Origin: Wickerhamiella versatilis
Taxonomy: Eukaryota
Assembly: GCA_030867685.1 (NCBI GenBank)
Contig: JAQOWU010000008.1
Coordinates: forward strand, 2,232,001-2,296,000
DNA: 64,000 nt
Direction: 5' to 3'
Under the pieces are notes generated by a model that was not told the DNA's origin, searched no databases, and saw only the letters and a program-made list of their open reading frames with translations. Shown here one piece after another: positions 9,507-18,519 of the stretch; within the stretch, counting starts at the first letter, position 1, and each line of letters begins with the position of its first letter. Both the position numbers and the translations under genes were made by a program.

Positions 9507-11636
9507 ATGCTAGGTCTGAGCAGGTCACTGGCGCGTGCCGGTCGTGCGCAGCGCCTGTTGAGTACTTCAAGGCCTGCATTTGCTGAAGTGACTTTGACAG
9601 TCGATGGGCGTAAAGTCTCCATCGAACAGGGCTCTTCATTGATTCAGGCTATTGAAAAGGCAGGTATTCAGGTTCCTCGCTACTGCTATCATCATAAGCT
9701 AGCCATCGCAGGCAACTGTCGAATGTGTCTCGTTGATCTTGAGCGGGCCCCGAAGCCTGTGCCTTCGTGTGCATTTCCGGCGTCGAACGGACAAGTCGTT
9801 CATACCAATAGCGAGAGAGCTCGCAAAGCACAGGAAGGTGTTACCGAGATGATTTTGATCAACCATCCTCTAGACTGTCCTGTATGTGACCAGGGTGGCG
9901 AATGTGATCTTCAAGACCAGACAATGCGCTACGGGTCTGACCGTGGGCGTTTCTCGGAAATCGCGGGCAAGAGTTCCGTGGAGGACAAGAACATAGGTCC
10001 TCTGATCAAGACAAAAATGACTCGATGCATTCAATGCACAAGATGTGTTCGATTCAGTAATGATGTTGCTGGTGCACCCGAGCTAGGTACCACAGCCCGA
10101 GGTAATGACATGCAGATCGGCACTTACCTCGAGAAAAATCTTAACACTGAGCTCAGTGGTAATGTTATCGATCTGTGCCCAGTGGGTGCCCTCACTTCGA
10201 AGCCTTATGCTTTTAAGGCCCGTCCGTGGGAACTTAAGAAGACCGAATCCGTCGATGTCCTGGATGGTCTCGGAAGTAACATTCGGGTAGACTCACGTGG
10301 ACAATCAGTCATGCGTGTTCTACCGCGTCTTAATGAGGATGTGAACGAGGAGTGGATATCAGACAAAACAAGGTTTGCGGTGGATGGTTTGAACACCCAG
10401 CGCCTGACCACCCCTCTTATCAAAGAAAACGGTATTTTCAAAGCTGCGTCGTGGGAAGATGTGCTTTTGTTGATTCAGGACAAGTTTAACGAGCTCCAGC
10501 CAGGACCCAATGAGTTTAAGGCCATCGCTGGTGATCTTACCGATGTGGAGTCACTAGTGACATTGAAGGATTTGGCCAACCGTCTTGGCAGTGAGAACTT
10601 GGCTCATGATTTCAAACTCGGTTCGGATCCTATCGCAGGAGGAGTGGACTTCCGCTCAAATTATCTTTTCAACGCTTCGATATTGGGTGTTGAGGAGGCT
10701 GATGTTATTCTATTTGTAGGGACGAATCCTCGTCGTGAAGCTGCCGTTCTAAACGGCCGCGTACGAAAGCACTGGTTGCACAACGATGTTCGCATTGGGG
10801 CTGTGGGTGAACCCTGGAATTCGACCTTCTGGGTTGAGGAACTTGGTTCGGACTCCAAGGCTCTAAGCAAAGCGCTTAGCGGTGACTTTGGCAAATCGTT
10901 GAAGTCTGCGAAGAGACCGCTGATTGTTGTGGGCTCGGGAGTGGCATCTTCGCCAGATGCCGGTGAGATATACAAGACACTGGGTAACTTTGCGGCGAAG
11001 AACCCTAATGTTGTGAATGATAGCTGGAATGGCCTAAGCTTCTTACAGCGTGCTGCTTCTCGTGCTGGTGCCTATGACATTGGCTTTGCTGTCCCATCAG
11101 AAGAGGTGAGCAAAGTTGCTCCAAAGATCGTGTACCTGCTAGGCGCTGACGAGGTGAAACCAGAGGACATTCCGAAGGATGCCTTTGTAATTTACCAGGG
11201 CCATCATGGCGATGTCGGAGCGCCTCTGGCAGACGTGATTCTTCCGGGCGCAGCCTATACAGAGAAAGCAGCTACATACGTAAATACCGAGGGCAGAGCT
11301 CAAATTACACGGGCTGCTGTTGGCCCACCTGGTGCCGCACGTGAGGACTGGAAGATTTTGAAGGCCGTCTCGGATGTTCTTGGCAAGGATCTTCCTTATG
11401 AGACTCTTCCTGAGTTGCGCCAGAGATTGTATGAAGTCGCACCCAACTTATTGAGCACGGATGCATTGGAGCCCAGCACCCTTGGAAAACTCGCAGCAAC
11501 ATCGCTTTCATCTCACAAGGCCGGTTCTAGTAAACCAGCAACTCTTACCTCGCCAATCACGAATTTCTACTTCACCGACGCGATATCGCGATCATCTCCA
11601 ACTATGGCTCGTTCGTCAGAGGCTTTTTCTATATAA
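9507..11636 (+). CDS. NUAM: NADH:ubiquinone oxidoreductase 75 kDa subunit (NDUFS1 ortholog)
   Basis: Presequence, PRYCYH..LAIAGNCRMCLV, HPLDCPVCDQGGECDLQDQ, RCIQCTRCVRF. Confidence 0.98.
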   Translation: MLGLSRSLARAGRAQRLLSTSRPAFAEVTLTVDGRKVSIEQGSSLIQAIEKAGIQVPRYCYHHKLAIAGNCRMCLVDLERAPKPVPSCAFPASNGQVVHTNSERARKAQEGVTEMILINHPLDCPVCDQGGECDLQDQTMRYGSDRGRFSEIAGKSSVEDKNIGPLIKTKMTRCIQCTRCVRFSNDVAGAPELGTTARGNDMQIGTYLEKNLNTELSGNVIDLCPVGALTSKPYAFKARPWELKKTESVDVLDGLGSNIRVDSRGQSVMRVLPRLNEDVNEEWISDKTRFAVDGLNTQRLTTPLIKENGIFKAASWEDVLLLIQDKFNELQPGPNEFKAIAGDLTDVESLVTLKDLANRLGSENLAHDFKLGSDPIAGGVDFRSNYLFNASILGVEEADVILFVGTNPRREAAVLNGRVRKHWLHNDVRIGAVGEPWNSTFWVEELGSDSKALSKALSGDFGKSLKSAKRPLIVVGSGVASSPDAGEIYKTLGNFAAKNPNVVNDSWNGLSFLQRAASRAGAYDIGFAVPSEEVSKVAPKIVYLLGADEVKPEDIPKDAFVIYQGHHGDVGAPLADVILPGAAYTEKAATYVNTEGRAQITRAAVGPPGAAREDWKILKAVSDVLGKDLPYETLPELRQRLYEVAPNLLSTDALEPSTLGKLAATSLSSHKAGSSKPATLTSPITNFYFTDAISRSSPTMARSSEAFSI

Positions 11637-11755
11637 ATTTTTAGTGGCAACCTTAGACAAAAATCTAGATGACATTTATACGAAAAAATGTTTCTAAGTA
11701 TGCTCGTTTCATATTGAAATGTGGATGGTCCAACCAGTGGCCGGCGTCTCTCACC

Positions 11756-12844
11756 TCATTTCGAATGCACATGAGTAGGGCTCATTTCCCCCAGTATAGA
11801 GCTAAGATCATCCATTTCACCCCCTATAGAAGTGACAGTACTTTTTCCCCTATCATTATCAGAACTTATGCGTTTTGCAGCATTGGATTCGGTGAAATAT
11901 GAATCGAAGTCAAGTATATCGAGATCTTGACTTGCTTCTTCAAGATCGTCAGGCTTCACAGCAATTTTTTCTTCAGGAGGCTGCATTCGGGACTGCATTG
12001 CCAACTCGTGGCTCTTAGCCTCACTCCGAAGTTCTTGAAGAATAGCAGTGGCCTTCGATACTTCTTTTTGTGTCTGAACTAGTAGAGAGGCCAGGTTTTG
12101 AGATTCAGACAAAGGAGGCGGAGAGGCCGTTGTAATATGAAAATCCTCTTTAGACCGCTCCTCCGAAATCTTGGAAGAGTATCTATCACGCAATTTTTCG
12201 AACGCCTTATCTATCACAGATTTCAGGGCTCTGTCTCGAGTTTTTTCAGATGCCTCTGCCACAACTTTTTTTGTTTTGCGAGCCACAATTCTAGCATCAA
12301 ATCTTTTAGAGGATGTCTTCTTGATTGAAAGTTGATAAAACTCGGACACGAGCTCACCAGCTTCATGCTCCCGCAGGGAAAGAAGTCTTGCGATAACGCT
12401 TTGGATGTTCATAATAATTGGTTCATGTAGTTTGTAGTACCATGATATTACTACACCTAAGCCTTGTTCAACAAAAAGAGCCCCAATATAGCGCTCGAAT
12501 AGGTCTGCAGCAGGTTTGCGACCTCTGATTATAGCGCTCTTGAGGTCAAGATCGGTATTAGCACTGACCATTTCGGTAAGCCCGGTGTGACGAGCGAGGT
12601 AGGCCATCCATCTATTACTTTCAAATAATACTTTTTGTTTAGCTAGAACGCTTGCCGGTTTTGCCGGTTTATAATGGTGAATAACCATCAGACTGAGAAG
12701 GCGTGCCAATGCATCACCCACCAGTTCTAGATATGCATTGGGAAGCGTCCTATTTTGCGGAGCTTGTATATCCAGTACCTGTCGCCTTAATTCAAGACTC
12801 TTTATAGGCGGTGGACGAGGAAGTGTCGCAAAAAGCCTCCGCAT
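11756..12844 (-). CDS. RNase III family protein (Rnt1/Dcr1-like): RNase III domain, degenerate dsRBD, coiled-coil/acidic tail
   Basis: NAYLELVGDA (signature variant), ESNRWMA, KPAADLFERYIGAL; lies near CUS1. Confidence 0.8.
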   Translation of the reverse strand: MRRLFATLPRPPPIKSLELRRQVLDIQAPQNRTLPNAYLELVGDALARLLSLMVIHHYKPAKPASVLAKQKVLFESNRWMAYLARHTGLTEMVSANTDLDLKSAIIRGRKPAADLFERYIGALFVEQGLGVVISWYYKLHEPIIMNIQSVIARLLSLREHEAGELVSEFYQLSIKKTSSKRFDARIVARKTKKVVAEASEKTRDRALKSVIDKAFEKLRDRYSSKISEERSKEDFHITTASPPPLSESQNLASLLVQTQKEVSKATAILQELRSEAKSHELAMQSRMQPPEEKIAVKPDDLEEASQDLDILDFDSYFTESNAAKRISSDNDRGKSTVTSIGGEMDDLSSILGEMSPTHVHSK

Positions 12845-12880
12845 GCCTGCAGGCCAAACTTACATAAAGCAGTCTTTTAG

Positions 12881-13435
12881 ATGCATGGAATTCTCGGGGT
12901 CCTTATATGGACAGTTGGGGCGCTATCGGCCTTATTGGAAGGATCAGTGACAGGCTTAATTCCTTCGGACTATCGATTGACTACCCTTACACTTGAGGAT
13001 GTCACCACGGGTGACGAACGGCAATATCATCTTGGCCCAAACGGTACCTTCGCTGTGGTAGTACCACCAACTCCTGAGGGATTCATTTTCGGCCTGGAGA
13101 GTTCCTCTTTGAGCCTCCCGTGGCGTTATCATGTTGTCTCTAAAGGCGATGGGGAGACTCTAATTTACAAGGTGTTACATGGACATGGTATCAACGATCA
13201 TGCCGCTCAATTAGGCCAACCATTGGTGATTTCTGAATGGACGCGTAAACGCCTTGTAACTGAAAGGCCAGTTTTCAGCATCTGGGAGATGATTAGGACC
13301 CCCTCGGTGGCTATGTCACTCGTGGCTTTAGGAATGGTGTTTGTAGCGCCGAAGCTTACCAGCCTGGCCGAAGAGCAAGAGGAAGCAGCAGAGGATCAGA
13401 AGGGAGGCGAAGTTAATGTGGTTAACAAAAAATAA
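12881..13435 (+). CDS. ER membrane protein complex subunit 7-like (EMC7/Sop4)
   Basis: Signal peptide, beta-rich lumenal domain (NGTFAV), ERPVFSIWEMIRTP followed by TM and PKL. Confidence 0.7.
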   Translation: MHGILGVLIWTVGALSALLEGSVTGLIPSDYRLTTLTLEDVTTGDERQYHLGPNGTFAVVVPPTPEGFIFGLESSSLSLPWRYHVVSKGDGETLIYKVLHGHGINDHAAQLGQPLVISEWTRKRLVTERPVFSIWEMIRTPSVAMSLVALGMVFVAPKLTSLAEEQEEAAEDQKGGEVNVVNKK

Positions 13436-13510
13436 GATAAGAGAATTCACTCGGGATCACCGAAGATTATTTTAGAAACATTTCGTGTATTTAATGCATT
13501 ACAAAATAAA

Positions 13511-14647
13511 CTAGAGACTATACTTTGATACTGGTCCTAGATAACTGGATCCGCCAGTAGTAGTAGTGACTTCGCGATAAAGCTCTTGCCGCGCTGCCGG
13601 CATGTTAGGTGCCTCCTCCATTATCTCAGATTCATTAGCCCTTCTTGCAGGCACTGAATCCTCCTCATCTGGTGTCGAATTAAGATCCTCGTTCTCTTGG
13701 TACTCAATATCTGGCTCATCTTCGTCAAAATCGAGGATCATTTCACCCCAGCGCTTTCCCAGATTTTGGGGCTTGTCCTTTGAGGGCCATGACTTATTCG
13801 GATTCTTTTTCACACTGGCAGCCCATGGAGGTAACGCATCAGGTCTAAGTCCCAAAGCAGAGCGGAGTTTCTCACTAAGTTTGCCAGGACGAAGATCAGG
13901 GTTGAAAGGAAACGGTGAATTTTGTCCTGACGTCTGTCCGTATTCAGACAGGCTGGGCTTAGTTTGGGAGCCGAAAAAAGCTGCATGTAGCTTTCTATAA
14001 TCCATATCCAGCCGACCAAGCTTTGGCTGGACACGTTCACGTGTTTTTTGACGTAAAGTGTCTGAATCTTCGGCTACCACATCTCGTAGCATCATGATTC
14101 CTGTCTCCTTAATGTTATCAGGCAAGCGATAAGGACGTTGAGCTCGAGTATTGGAGCTCTCATGCCTTCCCTGCCATGTAGACGGCACTGGCACGGCACC
14201 TGGTGCTGACTTTAGAGCATAAAGGAGGGCGGGGTCCTTGGCATCAACATCCCACCATTCAACAAGTTCCGGCTGCGGAACAGCTTCTTTCAACATTGCC
14301 AGACTCGGTTTCGTGTCTCTGCTTTTCTCCTTGGTATTCGAATCATATATAAAGTCCTTTGATGTCTCTATACGAGCTTCATCTGATTGCTGCCTCTCAG
14401 GCATCTCTGAGCTTTCGCTCACTACCTCCGCATTTTCATTATTGGCATTTACATCACTGCCATTGCTTTGAAATCTTCCAACTATATTCTCATATTCTCG
14501 GAAAAGGCTATTGCTCTGCAAGCCACTCATAAGAGATTCGAGAGAACTTGTTGATGGCTCTTGCGCTCCAGGAGAAGAGCGCTCAATATTTCGATCACTA
14601 TCTGTGTTATTGCGGCTCATCTTACCAGTTCCTACACTTCGAGGCAT
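13511..14647 (-). CDS. CUS1: U2 snRNP SF3b subunit (SF3B2/SAP145); start at ATG 14647 or 14620
   Basis: PELVEWWDVDAKDP, VPVPSTW, RERVQPKLGRLDMDYRKLHAAFF, PSP motif RPGKLSEKLRSALG..PPW. Confidence 0.92.
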   Translation of the reverse strand: MPRSVGTGKMSRNNTDSDRNIERSSPGAQEPSTSSLESLMSGLQSNSLFREYENIVGRFQSNGSDVNANNENAEVVSESSEMPERQQSDEARIETSKDFIYDSNTKEKSRDTKPSLAMLKEAVPQPELVEWWDVDAKDPALLYALKSAPGAVPVPSTWQGRHESSNTRAQRPYRLPDNIKETGIMMLRDVVAEDSDTLRQKTRERVQPKLGRLDMDYRKLHAAFFGSQTKPSLSEYGQTSGQNSPFPFNPDLRPGKLSEKLRSALGLRPDALPPWAASVKKNPNKSWPSKDKPQNLGKRWGEMILDFDEDEPDIEYQENEDLNSTPDEEDSVPARRANESEIMEEAPNMPAARQELYREVTTTTGGSSYLGPVSKYSL

Positions 14648-14707
14648 CACGCATGCTCAGGGGATAATCTTGTATTGTGACTAAACCGACCTTAGAGCAT
14701 TCAGGAA

Positions 14708-15007
14708 TTACTTCTCACCAACTTTAGAGAGCGTTGACGATAAGCGATCTAGTCGAGAATTTAAGTCAGTCTCAAAGCTATCCAGTGCTTTTTGAATGCA
14801 ATTCATATTCTTCTCTGCTTCACGTGCCAACTGTGGTATTCCCCTATGGGGAGTGGGACTCCGCGGAGTTTCAGTCTTCTTACTCTCTATCCGTCTCTCG
14901 TTACGATTGGAGTCAGTCTCACTGCGACTTTGATTCCCAGAAGATGTCGTGGTAGTTGGGCTTGGTGTCTGAGTACTAGGCTCAGAACCCTCCTGCTGCA
15001 GAGACAT
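14708..15007 (-). CDS. Small coiled-coil protein, possibly Bil1-like
   Basis: S/T-rich N-terminus then LAREAEKNMNCIQKAL...RLDRLSSTL heptads; divergent from RRG7, as I recall for BIL1 in S. cerevisiae. Confidence 0.5.
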   Translation of the reverse strand: MSLQQEGSEPSTQTPSPTTTTSSGNQSRSETDSNRNERRIESKKTETPRSPTPHRGIPQLAREAEKNMNCIQKALDSFETDLNSRLDRLSSTLSKVGEK

Positions 15008-15022
15008 AGTAAGCAAATTGGT

Positions 15023-15559
15023 ATGCGTCGGGCTCATCATGACCTGAAGTCTTTTTTGCAGTATACTTTAGCAACTAGTCCTGATCAGACTCAAAAAGTA
15101 TGGCGTGGAACTCTATACGAATACCAGTGTCAAATAGCACTTTGCAGAAAGTTTGCCAAATGGGGTCTCGGTTCTCTTCGATCAGTTGCAGGGACCGCAG
15201 ATAGAGGCATGGATCTTGTTGGCGATCTATCTGGCGTGCCAATGGTGGTACAATGTAAGTCTTCTCAGTCTAAAATTGCACCAAATATTTGGCGTGAGTT
15301 GGCTGGGGTTTACCTTCAAAAGCCTGGCTCACTCATTGTATGTGCTTCTCCCAATTCTATGACTTCTCAAGCTTACAGGGCGTTTGTATCTATCAAAGTT
15401 CCATTTCTGCATTGTCGGGTCCGATTTGAACCAGTTTTTTGGAACTCTACTTTAAATCGGTTAGACTGCTCAATTGGCGCCAAGAGCGTTAAATCTTTGC
15501 TTCTAAATCCTAGTGCAGAGGCACTGATATCGCAAATGAGTGAAAAATTCCCTTGTTAA
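15023..15559 (+). CDS. RRG7: Mitochondrial PD-(D/E)xK restriction-endonuclease-like protein (DUF2034)
   Basis: GTLYEY, GTADRGMDLVG, VVQCK, PNIWRELAG; likely ATG at 15023. Confidence 0.8.
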   Translation: MRRAHHDLKSFLQYTLATSPDQTQKVWRGTLYEYQCQIALCRKFAKWGLGSLRSVAGTADRGMDLVGDLSGVPMVVQCKSSQSKIAPNIWRELAGVYLQKPGSLIVCASPNSMTSQAYRAFVSIKVPFLHCRVRFEPVFWNSTLNRLDCSIGAKSVKSLLLNPSAEALISQMSEKFPC

Positions 15560-15623
15560 TGAGATTTTAACCATATTACATCTTTCTTTGTCCACTTTCG
15601 ATATTAGTAGTAAGCCCTGCCAG

Positions 15624-16808
15624 ATGGACAGCTCGCTGTCCGTGGAGGCAACCAATCGGATAAGGGTTGCATTAGGCCTGAAGCCCATCCCTACAGAACA
15701 TAATGCGCCCGAAGAAAACCTGTGGGCGGCAGAGCAGGAGCTCAAGGATCGAAGAACCAGAGTTCACGCGAAACTTTCGGAAGCTGCGGACAGAGCTGCT
15801 GTAAGAAATCTTGTGGACCAGGATGATCATGCCGATGTGTTGGAAACCACGGGGGATTGGATTTCTCGCATGAAGAAGCCTTTGGAGAAAGTTGGCTCAC
15901 CTGAAGCGAACCGATTGCATGAAGAATCGAATGGATCTAATAAATCTCAATCAACCCAATCAATCCAGAGTCACGGTGATGAACAAAGGCCACAACCAAC
16001 AGCGCATAATTTATTAGGCTCTGAGCCACCTAAATCTGAAGAGCCTAAAGAGTCTGTACCATCAGCTTTTCTTGTTGATGATGTCTTGGATCCACTATCA
16101 TCCAGTGAAATTCCCTCCCATAAACCAGCTTCTACATCACAATCTAGAGACTTCAAGCCAAAAGAAGTGAAATTTAAGTCTCGGAGACCTCACAAAGGAA
16201 AAAGACGACATATAGAAACAGAACCTGCTCCTCAAGCACCAATATTAAACAATGAGGTATTATCTGCTATTCTAGACGCAGAAAAAACGGATGATATATT
16301 CGTGAAACCATCTCGTAAAGCTGTGAAGTCTTCAGGATTAGAGGGAATTCCAAATGAACCCTCTCAGCCTCCTGCTGCGGGAGATACAGCTGCTTTTTTG
16401 GCGGCTTTTAAAGCACGCAAGAAGCCCAAACACACAGAATCGCAGCATAGAGATATGGACACTCATGGAAATCCTGCAGATGTAGAAGAACGGCATAGTG
16501 AGTCGGACATGGATGGGAGAAAAGATGAACAAGGAAAAGCAGAATTGGACGAAGAAGCTCAGAATATTAATGAAGATAATGAAAATCCCATAGGCAAAGG
16601 TGTGGGAGATGCATTAAGGTTGTTGGAATCAACAGGTGTGATATTTAATAATTTGGAGGAGAACACTGAGCAAAATAAAAAGGATGCTTTCAAAGAGCTC
16701 TCACACGCATTTCATGGTACATCAGAGGGGAAGAAACGGCGTCAACGCCGTGAAAGGCGTGACAAAGACCAGCATGAAAAAATACGTCGACCTTTGTTTC
16801 CCGATTGA
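15624..16808 (+). CDS. SNU66: U4/U6.U5 tri-snRNP protein SART1/Snu66 (short, ~394 aa)
   Basis: HIND motif SLSVEATNRIRVALGLKPIP right after ATG 15624; GKGVGDALRLL; KDAFKELSHAFHG. Confidence 0.88.
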   Translation: MDSSLSVEATNRIRVALGLKPIPTEHNAPEENLWAAEQELKDRRTRVHAKLSEAADRAAVRNLVDQDDHADVLETTGDWISRMKKPLEKVGSPEANRLHEESNGSNKSQSTQSIQSHGDEQRPQPTAHNLLGSEPPKSEEPKESVPSAFLVDDVLDPLSSSEIPSHKPASTSQSRDFKPKEVKFKSRRPHKGKRRHIETEPAPQAPILNNEVLSAILDAEKTDDIFVKPSRKAVKSSGLEGIPNEPSQPPAAGDTAAFLAAFKARKKPKHTESQHRDMDTHGNPADVEERHSESDMDGRKDEQGKAELDEEAQNINEDNENPIGKGVGDALRLLESTGVIFNNLEENTEQNKKDAFKELSHAFHGTSEGKKRRQRRERRDKDQHEKIRRPLFPD

Positions 16809-16849
16809 GCTAATGGCATAAATTCGGTAAGCAACATGTACTTTCCTCT

Positions 16850-18391
16850 ATGGCTAACACTGATGTTCTTGTTCCGAGATCTCATGATGGGCGTACTCGT
16901 GCGGTATTGAAGCGTACGCTATCTCATTTGATGCCGAAAAGGCAAAGGGGTACTATATCTGAGACCGCTACTGAGAATACCGTGGAAAAAGGGACTCCGA
17001 CACGATTTCTTGCCGCTCTGAAGCCCTGTTTGTCTCAAGAGAGTAAAGTGGATGAACTAGAACCCACATGGGATGACTGGCTAGAGTCATATCAGCGTGG
17101 AGGAAAGAATTTGAGCGATGCAAAACGGCCTACATGCTTCTCTGGTTTTGGTCACATGGTACCTCCAGAAGCCTGCGATGAGAGTGCAAGATTACGGGCT
17201 GTGACAATGGTTGAATGCGATAAGTGGTGGTGGCAGCATCGAAACAGGAGGGATAAGTGGCTTGCCTCTCAACTGCAACCAATTATTGACAGATTTGGTT
17301 TGTCCTCTGCCACAGTCTCTATTTTAGATCATTACACACAGAAGGTTTGTTTTCAAATTGGACTCGACTCAGAACTAAGGATTGTGGCTCGTCACCTGTC
17401 AATTGACGCACATACCTTGCTGTCGACACCTTATTTTTGCCTACTTGATGCCTCTAGTGACTGGAGAACCCGTTTAAACCCTCTGGTGCATGGTCCACCT
17501 TTCATAAAGTTTTATTTTGGTGTTCCAATTATGGTTCAAGGGCTGGCGATAGGAGTTCTCGCGACGACTGATCCCTACCTGAGACCGCGAAGTCCTCCAG
17601 GCCTTTTTGAAGCTTTGAATACTATATCAGAGCAAATTAGTGTGCAACTAGAGAATTCAAATCGACTTGAGCCACCTTCTCGTATTGATTGGGGGTCTTC
17701 CTCACCATCGTCGAGTGGCTCACCATCAACTACAGGTGATGAGTCCGCGAGCACAACGACGGCTGCGGCAAGCGATTTCGATATATCTGAGTATTGCTTG
17801 GAGCATACAGTTGCGACATCAACATTACATCCTCTGAGTGGTACGCAGCAAAGAGTTTTGCAACCTTTTCAAGTATTCGAATCTTTGCTTAGGTGCAGAA
17901 GCCTACCACGAGCCGTTGTGAAAGCCTGCCGCATAGTCTGTCAAACGCTGGGTGCAGAAGGTGTTTATGTGGTAGAGGCTCGCCGACTCTCTTTATCTAA
18001 ACCACCGGCAAGACTCGTGGGTAAGTACGAGGTAGCCGTCAGCGAGGACTATGGAATTGAACTCCTTAATTCCGATTTAATATCAGCGACTCTTCGTAGT
18101 GAGCATGGTCTGAGACTAGTAGCAGGTGGCGATGCCAAAAGTTTGGCCCATTCTGGTCTTCTCATTCCCTTTCGTCGTTCTTCGCCTCCCAATTCGGCAA
18201 TCCCGGATCTTGACCGTACTGAGAAGAAAGGCAGTAGCGCCAAATTTCATGGTGACGGAGGATTTGTGATGGCCGCATTTGCTTCTCAAGAACGGAGTTT
18301 CTCTCCCGGGGATGTCGCGTTTACGAAGAAAGTTGTCAGAGCGCTAGAAAATATCCTACAGTGCCGCGAGGAGACAGTCCTTTCATTATAG
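16850..18391 (+). CDS. Stand-alone GAF-domain protein
   Basis: DESARLRAV, VSILD, SIDAHTLLS, DWRTRLNPLVHGPPFIKFYFGVPI..GLAIGVLATTD; second GAF-like segment near the C-terminus. Confidence 0.75.
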   Translation: MANTDVLVPRSHDGRTRAVLKRTLSHLMPKRQRGTISETATENTVEKGTPTRFLAALKPCLSQESKVDELEPTWDDWLESYQRGGKNLSDAKRPTCFSGFGHMVPPEACDESARLRAVTMVECDKWWWQHRNRRDKWLASQLQPIIDRFGLSSATVSILDHYTQKVCFQIGLDSELRIVARHLSIDAHTLLSTPYFCLLDASSDWRTRLNPLVHGPPFIKFYFGVPIMVQGLAIGVLATTDPYLRPRSPPGLFEALNTISEQISVQLENSNRLEPPSRIDWGSSSPSSSGSPSTTGDESASTTTAAASDFDISEYCLEHTVATSTLHPLSGTQQRVLQPFQVFESLLRCRSLPRAVVKACRIVCQTLGAEGVYVVEARRLSLSKPPARLVGKYEVAVSEDYGIELLNSDLISATLRSEHGLRLVAGGDAKSLAHSGLLIPFRRSSPPNSAIPDLDRTEKKGSSAKFHGDGGFVMAAFASQERSFSPGDVAFTKKVVRALENILQCREETVLSL

Positions 18392-18519
18392 GCTTTATGT
18401 TCCCAACGATGGTGTAGTCTATATAATTGCCATACGAAAGTGATGAACCGCATAGAATTCAGACATATAAATCATTATCACTATGCTAAACTATATCAGC
18501 TATTATAAACTATAGGTTT

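Noticed and set aside
14792-15022. 5' extension of the RRG7 ORF
   Set aside because: It is the antisense of the small coiled-coil gene; conserved Rrg7 motifs start after ATG 15023
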